A model generated the notes under the pieces. It searched no databases, was not told where the DNA came from, and saw only the letters and a program-made list of their open reading frames with translations. A stretch of 63,668 bases of DNA, the filler included, from Octopus bimaculoides (lineage: Eukaryota), in the NCBI RefSeq assembly GCF_001194135.2. It is 6 parts of 6 records of this genome, joined end to end, with 100 filler letters (N's around TTAATTAATTAA, not from the genome) between each part and the next. Parts side by side here need not be neighbours in the genome. Positions count along the whole stretch, not along the records: positions 38,711 to 40,815 come from NW_026318249.1; positions 40,916 to 58,164 come from NC_068994.1; 4 more parts are not named here. One strand, given 5' to 3'. Both the position numbers and the translations under genes were made by a program. Below are positions 38,869 to 52,068 of the stretch, piece by piece. Each line of letters opens with the position of its first letter. Position 1 is the stretch's first letter.

Positions 38869-40000
38869 NNNNNNNNNNNNNNNNNNNNNNNNNNNNNNNN
38901 NNNNNNNNNNNNNNNNNNNNNNNNNNNNNNNNNNNNNNNNNNNNNNNNNNNNNNNNNNNNNNNNNNNNNNNNNNNNNNNNNNNNNNNNNNNNNNNNNNNN
39001 NNNNNNNNNNTCAAACACGATATTCGCATTTCGCACACACACGCACACGCACGCACACGCACACACACACACGCACACACTAAAGCCACCCAGCACTAGA
39101 AGTTCTGGTTCGGGTGGAGGAGTAAGGCAAGGGTTGTGAAGCTGCAGGTGGTGCACACTGGGTAGCCAGAGCTGTCATTAGAAGTGGACCCTTAAGAAGA
39201 AGAAGAGGAAGGTGGAGAAGGAGGAGAAAAGATTTCACTGCAATAGCAGTAGTAGCGGCGGTGGTGGTGGTGCGTTTGTTTTGGGTCTTGACTAACACTG
39301 GGGGGTGGGTAGTAGTAGTAGTAGGAGGAGGAGATGGAGAGTGAAGAGAAGAGTTACCAGAAGAAGGAGGAGGGGAGGAGAGATAAGAACGGTCATCGTG
39401 TTGTTGATGTTTAAGGTGATGGTGGCAGTCCTGGGGGTGGTGGTGGTGGTGATGGTAGTGTTGATGTTGTTGTTGGTGATATAGTAATGGTGATGATGGC
39501 GATTAATGTAGTAATAGAGGGTAANNNNNNNNNNNNNNNNNNNNNNNNNNNNNNNNNNNNNNNNNNNNNNNNNNNNNNNNNNNNNNNNNNNNNNNNNNNN
39601 NNNNNNNNNNNNNNNNNNNNNNNNNNNNNNNNNNNNNNNNNNNNNNNNNNNNNNNNNNNNNNNNNNNNNNNNNNNNNNNNNNNNNNNNNNNNNNNNNNNN
39701 NNNNNNNNNNNNNNNNNNNNNNNNNNNNNNNNNNNNNNNNNNNNNNNNNNNNNNNNNNNNNNNNNNNNNNNNNNNNNNNNNNNNNNNNNNNNNNNNNNNN
39801 NNNNNNNNNNNNNNNNNNNNNNNNNNNNNNNNNNNNNNNNNNNNNNNNNNNNNNNNNNNNNNNNNNNNNNNNNNNNNNNNNNNNNNNNNNNNNNNNNNNN
39901 NNNNNNNNNNNNNNNNNNNNNNNNNNNNNNNNNNNNNNNNNNNNNNNNNNNNNNNNNNNNNNNNNNNNNNNNNNNNNNNNNNNNNNNNNNNNNNNNNNNN

Positions 40001-40034
<34 letters not shown>

Positions 40035-40049
40035 TAGAAAAATGTTACA

Positions 40050-40505
40050 AAAAGAAAATAGAAACTACATTGTTTTATCTTCTGTGAGGATGGGTAGATT
40101 TTGGATGATAATATTGAAGACTTCGTTGTTTCTAGAGTTATGTGTGGAGATGTATGGGAGTATTTTTAAGTCTGGTTTAGTGTTTCGGTTGACTTCCCTT
40201 AATGTTCGTATATCTCTTTCTTTAGCTCGTTTAATGCCATCATTTACTAATGATATTGGGTAATGTCTTTTGATTAGTATTGATCTGAGTTCAAGGAGTC
40301 TTCGTTCACGAGTCTAGGAGTCCGAAACTATGGTACAGATTCTTTTCGCTAGATTATAAGGAATATTAATTTTTATGTATTTGGGGTGACATGAGTTGAA
40401 TAATAGGTAATGTTTAGAATCTTTGGGTTTATAGATGTCTGTTTCCATGTGGTTATTGACTATTTTAATAAATACTTCCTGAAATTCGTCAACACTACAC
40501 CTAAT
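40050..40505 (-). mobile_element. Penelope-like element remnant: RT thumb/linker region
   Basis: ETDIYKPKDSKHYLLFNSCHPKYIKINIPYNLAKRICTIVSDS*TRERRLLELRSILIKRHYPISLVNDGIKRAK...ILPYISTHN. Confidence 0.75.
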
Positions 40506-41406
40506 ATCCCCCTCCCCTCCATACGCATGCATGTGTGTATATCATAGACTCTCCACTTTCTTTACTTTTGTACATAATTCTGTGCACTGTACATGCACCT
40601 TTGATGAGTTGTAGTGCAACCGGGCATTATACACAATAATTTCATTATTGTTATAATGAACAAAATGTTAGAAAGGCTGAAGGGTCAAACACCCCTCCCC
40701 CTTTTTGCGGCGAGTTTGGAGGTCAGATAAGTTGAATGCTCTCGTGGAAAAAACTTATTTCACATCGAGGTACGAACGGGTCCTTTACGAAATATTTACC
40801 TAACCATGCCTAGAANNNNNNNNNNNNNNNNNNNNNNNNNNNNNNNNNNNNNNNNNNNNTTAATTAATTAANNNNNNNNNNNNNNNNNNNNNNNNNNNNN
40901 NNNNNNNNNNNNNNNTATATATACATATGTATATATATATATGTATATATATGTATGTATTTGTGTGTCTCTGTTTGTCTCTCCAATCATCGTTTAACAA
41001 CGGATAGAATAAGTACTAGGCTTACAAAGAATAAGTCCTGGGGTCGATTTGCTCGACTAAAGGCGGTGCTCTAGCATGGCCGCAGTCAAATAACTGAAAC
41101 AAGTAAAAGAATAAAAGAATATATATGTAATTTACCATGGATCTTTTATTAAGCATATGTTCAACTCAGCCTTTTGTTTTTGAATTCCAATTATATCTCT
41201 TATTCCAATTAACTAATCTAATCTAATTAATTAATCTGGGACCATAAAACTTAATATGTTTCTCTATAATGATGTAATAAAATGCAAATATGTGAACACG
41301 TGGAATTTTATCTCTTCTCCCCCCCCCCCCACCGTCCCCAGTCATTTACATATCATCTCTGCAACTCCCATTTTGATATTCAATATACATATATGATAAG
41401 TATGTA

Positions 41407-41752
41407 GAGCCACAATGGCCCAGTGTTTAGGGTAGCGGGCTCGCGGTCGTAGGATTGCAGTTTCGATTCCCAGACAGGGCGTTGTGAGTGTTTATTGAGC
41501 GAAAACACCTAAAGCTCTGCAAAGCTCCAAATTTCTCTCACCCTTTCTTCCTGTTTCTGTCGTACCTGTATTTCAAAGGGGCCAGCCTTGTCACACTCTG
41601 TGTCACGCTGAATCTCCCCGAGAACTATATTAAGGGTACACATGTCTGTGGAGTGCTCAGCCACTTGCACGTTAATTTCACAAGCAGGGTGTTCCGTTGA
41701 TCGGATCAACTGAAACCCTTGTCATCATAAGTGACAGAGTACCACGATAACA
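41407..41752 (+). mobile_element. SINE family A copy with internal deletion
   Basis: Colinear with the reverse complement of 11582-11969, but lacks ~45 bp after AAAGCTC. Confidence 0.88.
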
Positions 41753-42130
41753 GGTATATAGACAAATCATAATTGTCATCATTTAATGTTCGTTTTCCAT
41801 GCTAGCATGGATGGAACAGTTCAACAAGAGCAGGCACGCTGGTGAGCTCTGTTTTGGCATGGTTTCTATGACTGGATGCCCTTTCTAATGCCAACCACTT
41901 TACAGAGTGTCCTGGGTGCGTTTTATGGGGCACCATCACCAGTGTGTCTTATGTATTACATTTATCATATACTTTAGAAAATTAAAATATTGTTATAAAT
42001 CTTTGGTTAAACATTATTGAGTATCATTTTGTTTCTTTTGTTTGTTTAAAGAGGAACAATTCTTGATGGACATTTTGATAATATTTCTTTCACAAAGAAA
42101 AAAATAAGGATATATTTGATTTAAGTTTCA

Positions 42131-42164
<34 letters not shown>

Positions 42165-42433
42165 GTACGTCTATTTTTATTCATTTATTTATGTTTATTG
42201 TTTATGCACCTTTTTTGTAACCTCCTTTCTATTTGACAATGACAGATGGGTGTAAAATATACGGTCTTAACTGACAAACTCGCTGCACTCATACAGGTTT
42301 TTTTCTGCAGTATATTGAGAGTGTTCTTTGATGTTGAACCACAGCAGAGAAGAGAATACAGGCCACTCCGGGTGACAACACCATCACAATGATAGAGCCT
42401 ATCCTAATTATTTTTACTCTTTGCTACCTTCCT

Positions 42434-42478
<45 letters not shown>

Positions 42479-42488
42479 NNNNNNNNNN

Positions 42489-42870
42489 TCTGAGTTCAAA
42501 TTCCACTGAGGTCAACTTTGCCTTTCATCCTTTTGGAGTCAACAAAAATAAGTCCCACTCGAGTACTGGGGGGTCGATCTTATTGATTAGTCTCCTCTCC
42601 CCAAAATTCAGACCTTGTGCCTTTCTAATAGGGAGGATTATTATTGTTATTATTCAGACGGTGAACTGGCCAAATCGTTAGCACAGCGGGCAAAGTGCTT
42701 AGCGGCATTTTGCCTGTCCTTCTGTTCTGAGTTCAAATTCTGCTGCTGTTGGTTTTGCCATTTGTCCTTTTGGGGGTTGATAAATAAGTACCAGTTGAGC
42801 CCTGGGGTCGATGTAATCGACTAGCTCTGTCACTGAAAAAATATCAGGCTTTGTGCCAATAATAGAAAGA
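42489..42870 (+). mobile_element. Two tandem SINE family B copies
   Basis: Cores at ~42490 (cut by a gap) and ~42725, each followed by (ATT)n. Confidence 0.8.
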
Positions 42871-42906
<36 letters not shown>

Positions 42907-43036
42907 GTTATTATGGTATTGGTTTTCATTTCATCCGATTTAATTTTCAACACTCCTCTACACTTGTTTTTTGTAACGTTTCATTTCCCTGTAATGTCCC
43001 CCCAATCTAATGCCTTTGTGGCATTAACATTATTAC

Positions 43037-43091
<55 letters not shown>

Positions 43092-43388
43092 ATTATAATT
43101 AATTATTAATTATTAATATCAATATTATTATCGTTATGATGTCGGAATCGTTATTGACAACTTAATTTTTTTTTTTCTTCACACTGATTTCTGTCCTCGT
43201 TGTAGACAAAGTCTTCAGAGAAAAAAAGCAATGTAAGAATCTTAGCCGACAAACTGCATGGTATTGGCTAAGGATGCTGACTGCCTGCTTTTATGCCCCT
43301 ACATCTGGAATGGTGTCCATCATTCTTAGTTCTCTGTTGTTGTTGCCTCTGCTTGCTGGCACAGACTACAGTCTTGGCTGCCATTGAT

Positions 43389-43475
43389 ACTACTACTACC
43401 ACTACTACTACTACTACTACTATTACTACTACTACTACTACTACTATTATTACTATTACTACTTTCACTACTATT
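43389..43475. repeat. (ACT)n microsatellite
   Basis: Directly visible; source of the poly-T and poly-L ORFs. Confidence 0.95.
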
Positions 43476-43490
43476 ACTAGCACTACAAAC

Positions 43491-43540
<50 letters not shown>

Positions 43541-44622
43541 CATTATTATTATTATTACTATTACTACTATTACTATCACAGTTAAAGAATGTAGCGTCTC
43601 TATTGATAGATTCTTTCGTATGTGTATATGTATANNNNNNNNNNNNNNNNNNNNNNNNNNNNNNNNNNNNNNNNNNNNNNNNNNNNNNNNNNNNNNNNNN
43701 NNNNNNNNNNNNNNNNNNNNNNNNNNNNNNNNNNNNNNNNNNNNNNNNNNNNNNNNNNNNNNNNNNNNNNNNNNNNNNNNNNNNNNNNNNNNNNNNNNNN
43801 NNNNNNNNNNNNNNNNNNNNNNNNNNNNNNNNNNNNNNNNNNNNNNNNNNNNNNNNNNNNNNNNNNNNNNNNNNNNNNNNNNNNNNNNNNNNNNNNNNNN
43901 NNNNNNNNNNNNNNNNNNNNNNNNNNNNNNNNNNNNNNNNNNNNNNNNNNNNNNNNNNNNNNNNNNNNNNNNNNNNNNNNNNNNNNNNNNNNNNNNNNNN
44001 NNNNNNNNNNNNNNNNNNNNNNNNNNNNNNNNNNNNNNNNNNNNNNNNNNNNNNNNNNNNNNNNNNNNNNNNNNNNNNNNNNNNNNNNNNNNNNNNNNNN
44101 NNNNNNNNNNNNNNNNNNNNNNNNNNNNNNNNNNNNNNNNNNNNNNNNNNNNNNNNNNNNNNNNNNNNNNNNNNNNNNNNNNNNNNNNNNNNNNNNNNNN
44201 NNNNNNNNNNNNNNNNNNNNNNNNNNNNNNNNNNNNNNNNNNNNNNNNNNNNNNNNNNNNNNNNNNNNNNNNNNNNNNNNNNNNNNNNNNNNNNNNNNNN
44301 NNNNNNNNNNNNNNNNNNNNNNNNNNNNNNNNNNNNNNNNNNNNNNNNNNNNNNNNNNNNNNNNNNNNNNNNNNNNNNNNNNNNNNNNNNNNNNNNNNNN
44401 NNNNNNNNNNNNNNNNNNNNNNNNNNNNNNNNNNNNNNNNNNNNNNNNNNCCCTCATTTCATTTCCTTGACAGTTATGAGACTCACATAGAAAGGAAAAA
44501 AAAATACGCAAACCTAATTATATCAAGATTGATTAAAAAAGATTAAGGTGCATTAGGGAATTGTAATATAATATGGTATTATAGATAGATAGATATACTT
44601 TCTCACTCACACACACACACAT

Positions 44623-44659
<37 letters not shown>

Positions 44660-44915
44660 CACCTAATCCTGGATGAAGACTTTGGAGTCTAAATTCAAAT
44701 CCATTTGGGTGCTTTGTGTCTTTTCTACTGAGCATATCCAGCTCTCACCAGTTATCTGCATACATGTATATATGTATATATTTATTAAGTTATTTATATG
44801 TATGCATATGTACATATACATACACTAGACATCTGTGTGTGTATATCTGTGTGTGTGTGTGTGTGTGTGTGTATTTAGATATATATATATATGTGTGTGT
44901 GTGTAAGTATACATA

Positions 44916-45129
44916 TGAAGGGGTACTGTAAAGTTCCTGGCTTTGGGTAAAAGAAAATACAGGAGGATCAGTTAATTATGATTTTATTCAGCAAATTCCC
45001 TTCTCAGATTCACACACTTATTGCAGCAGTCCTTTAGTTTTCTAAGCTCTGTAAAAGAACTCAGAAGGTTGGGCCTCCAACCAGGCCTTTCGCAATACCC
45101 TTAAGACTAGGAACTTTTCAGCACCCTCA
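44916..45129 (-). mobile_element. Mariner-derived MITE, copy 2 (opposite orientation)
   Basis: Reverse complement of 9318-9534 along its whole length, with TIRs and TA flanks. Confidence 0.85.
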
Positions 45130-46099
45130 TATATATATATATATGCATATATTATGATAAATAGATACACGAATTCAGATCCCTGTATATATTTTTACAG
45201 AATAGAAAATACTACATTAATTTGCTAGTAGGTTTCTTTTATCAACCACTCCAAATTCAAAAGTTAATTAGAGCGTATAATGAAAACAATTTGGTCAAAT
45301 TATGATTTCTTTATGATTTAAGTGACAATAAGCTTACTTTGGAGAATATCTCCACCAAAAAGATTGCTCTTTGAATTTACATTTTATTAACAAAAATCCA
45401 AGTTTTATGAAGAAAAAATAATTAAAAATAAAATGACAAAATTCACATCGTTGCTTTTAATTTCAGACATTAAATTAATGTTGAGTTCATAAAGTTAAGT
45501 TTATTTTGCAACTCATGCAAGAAAGAATAATTTTCTTCATGGCTGTATTGATGAATTGATAATAGTCTTTAGGAGTAAAAGAATCCCTGGCACTGAGCTG
45601 GGTCCATCCATATGGGGCTGAGATGAGACATTGAACCAACTAATGAATTCAGGTTCATTTAATTTATCTCGCTGTAATTAAGCAGTAACTGTTGTAAAGC
45701 AGCATACCGTTATGGCTAACTATAAACACCGTTTTCAGTGCTGTAACAACACTTTTGTTTATCAGCTTGGACCATTATGTTCTTCTATGTCTTTCTATGA
45801 ATGTATCTTGGAAAGGATGACAACCAGTGAGTCATGGAAGAACAATGAATGAATAAATTAAATAAATAATTTTGTATCATTGGAAGACTATCCCCTATGT
45901 TGATGTATATTTTTCCTAATAGCGGGTATGAAATATTTGTTATCAGCTAGCAAGGCAGCACGGCCAAAAATTCCCCTGTAGGCAGTTTTAATGGCAGTAT
46001 AGAACTCATTAGATTGATTCTGATACTCTAGAGGACTTGCAGTGATAGGTTTCTACAGAAACATCTTGAAAGTAGAAATGAAAAAATCTGTAATCTTGC

Positions 46100-46157
46100 T
46101 CTTTAATCTTAAGGATTAAGAAATAGGTTCTTTAATCTTAAGGATTAGGAAATAGAT
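46100..46157. repeat. 29-bp tandem duplication
   Basis: TCTTTAATCTTAAGGATTA(A/G)GAAATAG occurs twice. Confidence 0.8.
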
Positions 46158-46219
46158 GTTTCTTGTTAAACCAATACATTTTTCAACATTTATATTTATT
46201 TATATTATTTTGTTATCAA

Positions 46220-46286
<67 letters not shown>

Positions 46287-46504
46287 TTAGTACTATTTTC
46301 TTTTAACATAATATTGCATGGATGAAATCCATCAACATCATTATCATTATCATCATTATAATCATTATCATTATGGCATGAAATTTTCCATGCTTTTATA
46401 AGTTAAACGAACGTGCAAAAAATGCATGCACACACATGCACGTACATCTAACACAGACACACATATAAATATATACATATATGCATATATAAATGTTATG
46501 TATG

Positions 46505-46546
<42 letters not shown>

Positions 46547-47479
46547 TATACTAGACTATTTACTATTCATTGCTATGAATGTGTGTGTATGCACACATGC
46601 ACACGTGCACACACACTCACACAGAAAACACAGTTATATATATAAATAGAACATATATGTTCTGAATTAAGTGTTCAGTGCAATAAAGGAGCAGAATGTA
46701 TTAATAGTAAATCAATTTAGATATGCAAAAAAATGGTCATCTTAGGCTTCAAATAATAATAGTTCCATCTACGGTTTCATATGTTACATTAACGATCTTC
46801 AGTGGAGAGAAAAGAAACAGAGCTTCTAATATATACACAAAACAACTAGTCTAAGCCTAGAACTAGCGCCTATTTGGCAATGTCACTGATAGTATGTGTA
46901 TAATCAGATTTATAATCTGGGTATCAGTGATCCAAGTGACGTGCCTGAGGCCTCCATGTATGAACAGGTTTATACATAGGTGGTATAAGAGCAAGGCTTT
47001 CTAGTGAAAGAAGTGTTTATATTAAACTCAGACTATACACTGCAGATATTATTTTATGCAGTACGATTCAAATAAAGAATTTGCAAGTTGTTAAATTTCT
47101 TGCAACCACTTGAAGTGTTTCACAATTTCACCAGATTATTTTCAAGAAATGTACTTTTGCATGGTGATGATGAAAATTGCATTAATTCATTTTTTTTTTT
47201 TTTTTTTNNNNNNNNNNNNNNNNNNNNNNNNNNNNNNNNNNNNNNNNNNNNNNNNNNNNNNNNNNNNNNNNNNNNNNNNNNNNNNNNNNNNNNNNNNNNN
47301 NNNNNNNNNNNNNNNNNNNNNNNNNNNNNNNNNNNNNNNNNNNNNNNNNNNNNNNNNNNNNNNNNNNNNNNNNNNNATTTTGCCAAGATTATTGGAAGTT
47401 TATATTATTAAATCATCTAAAATTTGCAAGGATTTATTAAAATAACACTATTTTTATTATTATTATATTATTATTATTA

Positions 47480-47499
<20 letters not shown>

Positions 47500-47511
<12 letters not shown>

Positions 47512-47665
47512 ATCAGGTCGCTGCCGTGAATCGAACTCGGAACCTTGGGGTTAGTAGCCCGCGCTCTTATGCCCATGGGCATATGGCGTAATGGTTAAGA
47601 GCGCGGGCTATTAACCCCAAGGTTCCGAGTTCGATTCACGGCAGCAACCTGATTAATAATAGTAA
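47500..47665. repeat. Head-to-head inverted pair of tRNA-like SINE heads (hairpin)
   Basis: Arms 47510-47569 and 47596-47655 are reverse complements at 58/60 positions. The + copy has A- and B-box-like motifs. Confidence 0.92.
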
Positions 47666-48013
47666 TAATAACACTATTTTTGTTATTAAGCTGATAATTA
47701 CATCTTAACTTAAAAGTGTTCTTTGTGTAAAAATTGACAGAAGTTTAAATTTTTAGATATAACAGGTTAAAATAGGCAGTTTAGAGATGATAGAACCAGG
47801 AGTAAGTTCAGGGAGTTGGTGTGAAAATGGTTAAGAAAAGATGAACAAAACTTGGCTTTAACTTTTTAATCTGTTTAGATTCCTGCTGCTGCTGCTACTG
47901 CTGCTACTACTCTCAGCCTCATCATGAAAAAACAAAACTAAATAAAATACATAAACAGTTATTGGAATATAGATAGATAGACAGAAATAGACAGATAGAT
48001 AGATAGATTGATT

Positions 48014-48069
<56 letters not shown>

Positions 48070-48712
48070 CACATACTTTTGTTGAAAACACCCAACAAAA
48101 GAGTCAGTTTCAAAGAGGAATGAGAATCTTGATTCAATATTCTTTACCAATTTGCCCCTCATTTCATTCTGCTATTTTAAAAAAATATTTGTTTTTTAAA
48201 TATATTTCTTATGTGAAACCAGAATTCTGCAGTCTAGTGTTAGTTTTAAGGTCCACTTAATTTACTTAGACTATATATTACTTAGATTATAATTTACACA
48301 CATGCACACATACGCACACAAACACAAAAACACACGTACACACTTATATCTACATGCATTTGTATGATTATATTTTAGAGAAGTAAGCAATTTAAGTAGA
48401 TTTAGAAAATTAATATTATTTCACTCAAATTTAGGTATTATCATCACAATATACAAACTTCAAACTCAAAGTTGAGATCTTTTGAAATTTTCTACACTTC
48501 GATGGCAGGCATAGAAAGATGGAAATGAAGTCCAAGTTGCTTCTTGCTATTGTATATTATATATATATATATACATATATATTATATATATCTATGTATA
48601 AATGTGGAAAAAAAAAATATATGTACATCCTATTGTCGCATGTAAAAACAAACAAAAATATATCTTCATGTGTGTATACATACATACATATGTGTATATA
48701 TATATACATATG

Positions 48713-48789
<77 letters not shown>

Positions 48790-49438
48790 NNNNNNNNNNN
48801 NNNNNNNNNNNNNNNNNNNNNNNNNNNNNNNNNNNNNNNNNNNNNNNNNNNNNNNNNNNNNNNNNNNNNNNNNNNNNNNNNNNNNNNNNNNNNNNNNNNN
48901 NNNNNNNNNNNNNNNNNNNNNNNNNNNNNNNNNNNNNNNNNNNNNNNNNNNNNNNNNNNNNNNNNNNNNNNNNNNNNNNNNNNNNNNNNNNNNNNNNNNN
49001 NNNNNNNNNNNNNNNNNNNNNNNNNNNNNNNNNNNNNNNNNNNNNNNNNNNNNNNNNNNNNNNNNNNNNNNNNNNNNNNNNNNNNNNNNNNNNNNNNNNN
49101 NNNNNNNNNNNNNNNNNNNNNNNNNNNNNNNNNNNNNNNNNNNNNNNNNNNNNNNNNNNNNNNNNNNNNNNNNNNNNNNNNNNNNNNNNNNNNNNNNNNN
49201 NNNNNNNNNNNNNNNNNNNNNNNNNNNNNNNNNNNNNNNNNNNNNNNNNNNNNNNNNNNNNNNNNNNNNNNNNNNNNNNNNNNNNNNNNNNNNNNNNNNN
49301 NNNNNNNNNNNNNNNNNNNNNNNNNNNNNNNNNNNNNNNNNNNNNNNNNNNNNNNNNNNNNNNNNNNNNNNNNNNNNNNNNNNNNNNNNNNNNNNNNNNN
49401 NNNNNNNNCATACATATGTGTATATATATATACATATG

Positions 49439-49473
<35 letters not shown>

Positions 49474-49474
49474 T

Positions 49475-49525
<51 letters not shown>

Positions 49526-49694
49526 GTGTTTGTATTTGTATAATCTTTTCATGTCGCTCAGTGGTCATCATTTGGTCAGGAAAAACTAATCGGGTGCTAA
49601 AACACGGCATCTAATGTCGAAACATCTTCATTAAATCTGAACCTCATTTGAACTTTCCATTCTTTCATTCAGTATTTTTTTTTTCTTCAAATTT

Positions 49695-50135
49695 AAGGCG
49701 CCGAGCTGGCTGAATCATTAGCACGCTGGGCAAAATGCTTAGCGGCAATTTCATCTATCTTTACATTCTGAGTTCAAATTCCATTGTGGTCAACTTTGCC
49801 TTTCGTCCTTTCGAGATTGATAAAATAAGTACCAGTTGAATACTGGGGTCGATGTAATCGACTTACTCCCACCCCTAAAATTGCTGCCCTTGTGGCAAAA
49901 TTTGAAACCAATATTTTTCTACAAAATGTTCTACATTAATGATTATTTTCTTTTTGTTGTTATTATTACTATTATTATCATTACTATTATTATTATGCTA
50001 ATGATTACAGGTAGTGGATTGGCAAAATTGGTAGAGCAACTGGCACAAAATGCCTTTGATGTATTTAGTTACCTTCGTTTGTTTGTGTTCTGAGCTCAAA
50101 TCCCGCTCGGGTCGACTTTGCCTTTCATCAATAAA
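49695..50135 (+). mobile_element. SINE family B full copy plus a second partial copy
   Basis: Heads at ~49695 and ~50010, with cores following. Confidence 0.8.
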
Positions 50136-50188
50136 ATGAACCTAAAACTGGCACTGGTCTTACATTATATAAGTGACTGTAACTTATA

Positions 50189-50705
50189 ATATGTGGTTAG
50201 TCCCTTTTTGCCAAAACATGGTTAGCCCCTTTTTACCAAATTATGTGGTTAGACCTTTTTCACCAAGTTAAATGGTTAGCCCCATCTTTGTCAAAATATA
50301 TGGTTAACCCCTTTTTATCAAAACATGGTTAGCCCCTTTTTGTCAAAACAGGGTTAGCCCCTTTTTACCAAATTATGTGGTTAGACCCTTTTCACCAAGT
50401 TAAATGGTTAGCCCCTTTATTGTCAAAATATATGGTTAATCCCCTTTTTATCAAAATATGTGGTTAACCCCTTTTTACCAAAACATGGTTAGCCCCTTTT
50501 TACCAAATTATGTGGTTAGACCTTTTTCACCAAGTTAAATGGTTAGCCCCTTTATTGTCAAAATATATGGTTAACCACTTTTTGTCAAAACATGGAGTTA
50601 GCCCCTTTTTATCTAAATATGTGGCTTGCTCGTTTTTGTCAAAATATGTGATTAGTTTCATTTTTCCAAAATATGGTTGGCTCCCTTTTTTGCCAAAACA
50701 TGGCT
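50189..50705. repeat. 25-28-bp minisatellite with higher-order (~5-unit) structure
   Basis: About 19 units of GGTTAGCCCCTTTTTACCAAAA(C/T)AT type. The variant ACCAAATTATGTGGTTAGACC recurs at 50235, 50367 and 50502. Confidence 0.92.
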
Positions 50706-51076
50706 GTGTGCCAGTTTTAGAAATCTATATAAAAATTGTAGCATCACAGAAACATTTTAATGATCAACTGTCCCCTTTAAGATTTCTGGCTTTGTCTGTG
50801 CCCCTGTTAAGAAATCTAGCAGAATCATAAAAGCATTGGACAAAATGCTTTGCAGTGCTTAGTCAAAGCTCTTTATATTCTAAGTTTGGAGAAGGAACAA
50901 AAATATCATTTTTACTACAGACCCCCCACACACACACTTAGAACCGAAATCTTGTGCCAGGTTGTGAATAAAATAGTACATTGCAAGGGAATACTGTTGA
51001 GTGTCTCAACCAGCAAATGAAATATACAGTGGTTAAGTCTTTATATTATATTATATTATATTATATTATATTATAT

Positions 51077-51115
<39 letters not shown>

Positions 51116-51246
51116 CATACATACACACACGGACTAATTAGTCTCTTTTCCTTTTTAAATTTTTTCAGGATTTCTTTTTCAGCTATTATTATTATTATTA
51201 CCATTATTGTTGTTGTTGTTATTGTTGTTGTTTTTTTTTATTATTA

Positions 51247-51461
51247 AGGCGGAGAGCTGGCAGAATCGTTAGCACTCTGGGCGAAATGCTTAGCGGTATT
51301 TCGCCTGTCACCATGTTCTGAGTTCAAATTCCGCCAAGGTCGACTTTGCCTTTCATCCTTTCGAGGTCGATAAATTAAGTACCAGTTGCATACTGGGGTT
51401 GATCTAATCGACTGCCTCCCTCCCCCCCAAAATTCCAGGCCTTGTGCCTATAGTAGAAAGG

Positions 51462-51462
<1 letters not shown>
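51247..51462 (+). mobile_element. SINE family B, full-length copy
   Basis: Runs from GGCGGAGAGCTGGCAGAATCGTTAGCAC to GCCTTGTGCCTATAGTAGAAAGG, followed by an (ATT)n tail. Confidence 0.9.
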
Positions 51463-51513
<51 letters not shown>

Positions 51514-51576
51514 CTTGTCATCCTGTATTGTCCTCAATCCTATTGTGAACCCTTGTGTTTAGTGAAGAAATCATTC

Positions 51577-51620
<44 letters not shown>

Positions 51621-52027
51621 ATCATTTTTTTTCATAATTACTGTTGTTGTCCTCTTTCTATATTTTGAATCAACTCCACTTGCCCCGCTGCCACAATTTA
51701 AACAAAATTAAAAACTAAAATAAATTAAAAATCAAATCAAATATAAATTCAGAAATAAAATAAAATAAAAATAGAAAACATTAAAATAAACATCATAAAC
51801 AAAAGCCTAAATCAATAAATCAATAAATAAATAAATAAAAAAAAATTCCAATTCCAAAATTCTTTTCCAGTGTTCTTTTCTCTCTGTTAACAATGTTGGT
51901 CCTTTCTCTTTTCATATTTTCAAAACTTGCTGCCGTTTAGAGCCACCCAGAGGTAACGTAAACGTAATAACGCACCAGTTGACTTACTTTTAATCATCAG
52001 CCTTTTTATATATATATATATACAAAA

Positions 52028-52068
<41 letters not shown>

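Noticed and set aside
47578-47655. tRNA gene
   Set aside because: It has A/B boxes but no proper acceptor stem or poly-T terminator, and it runs into an ATT tail; it is a tRNA-derived SINE head.
48660-49500. Same TA/TG-rich block on both sides of the gap
   Set aside because: Low-complexity direct overlap across an N gap, typical of unmerged contig ends.
50189-50705. CRISPR-like appearance of regularly spaced ~26-bp repeats
   Set aside because: There are no unique spacers or cas genes and the context is eukaryotic; it is a tandem minisatellite.
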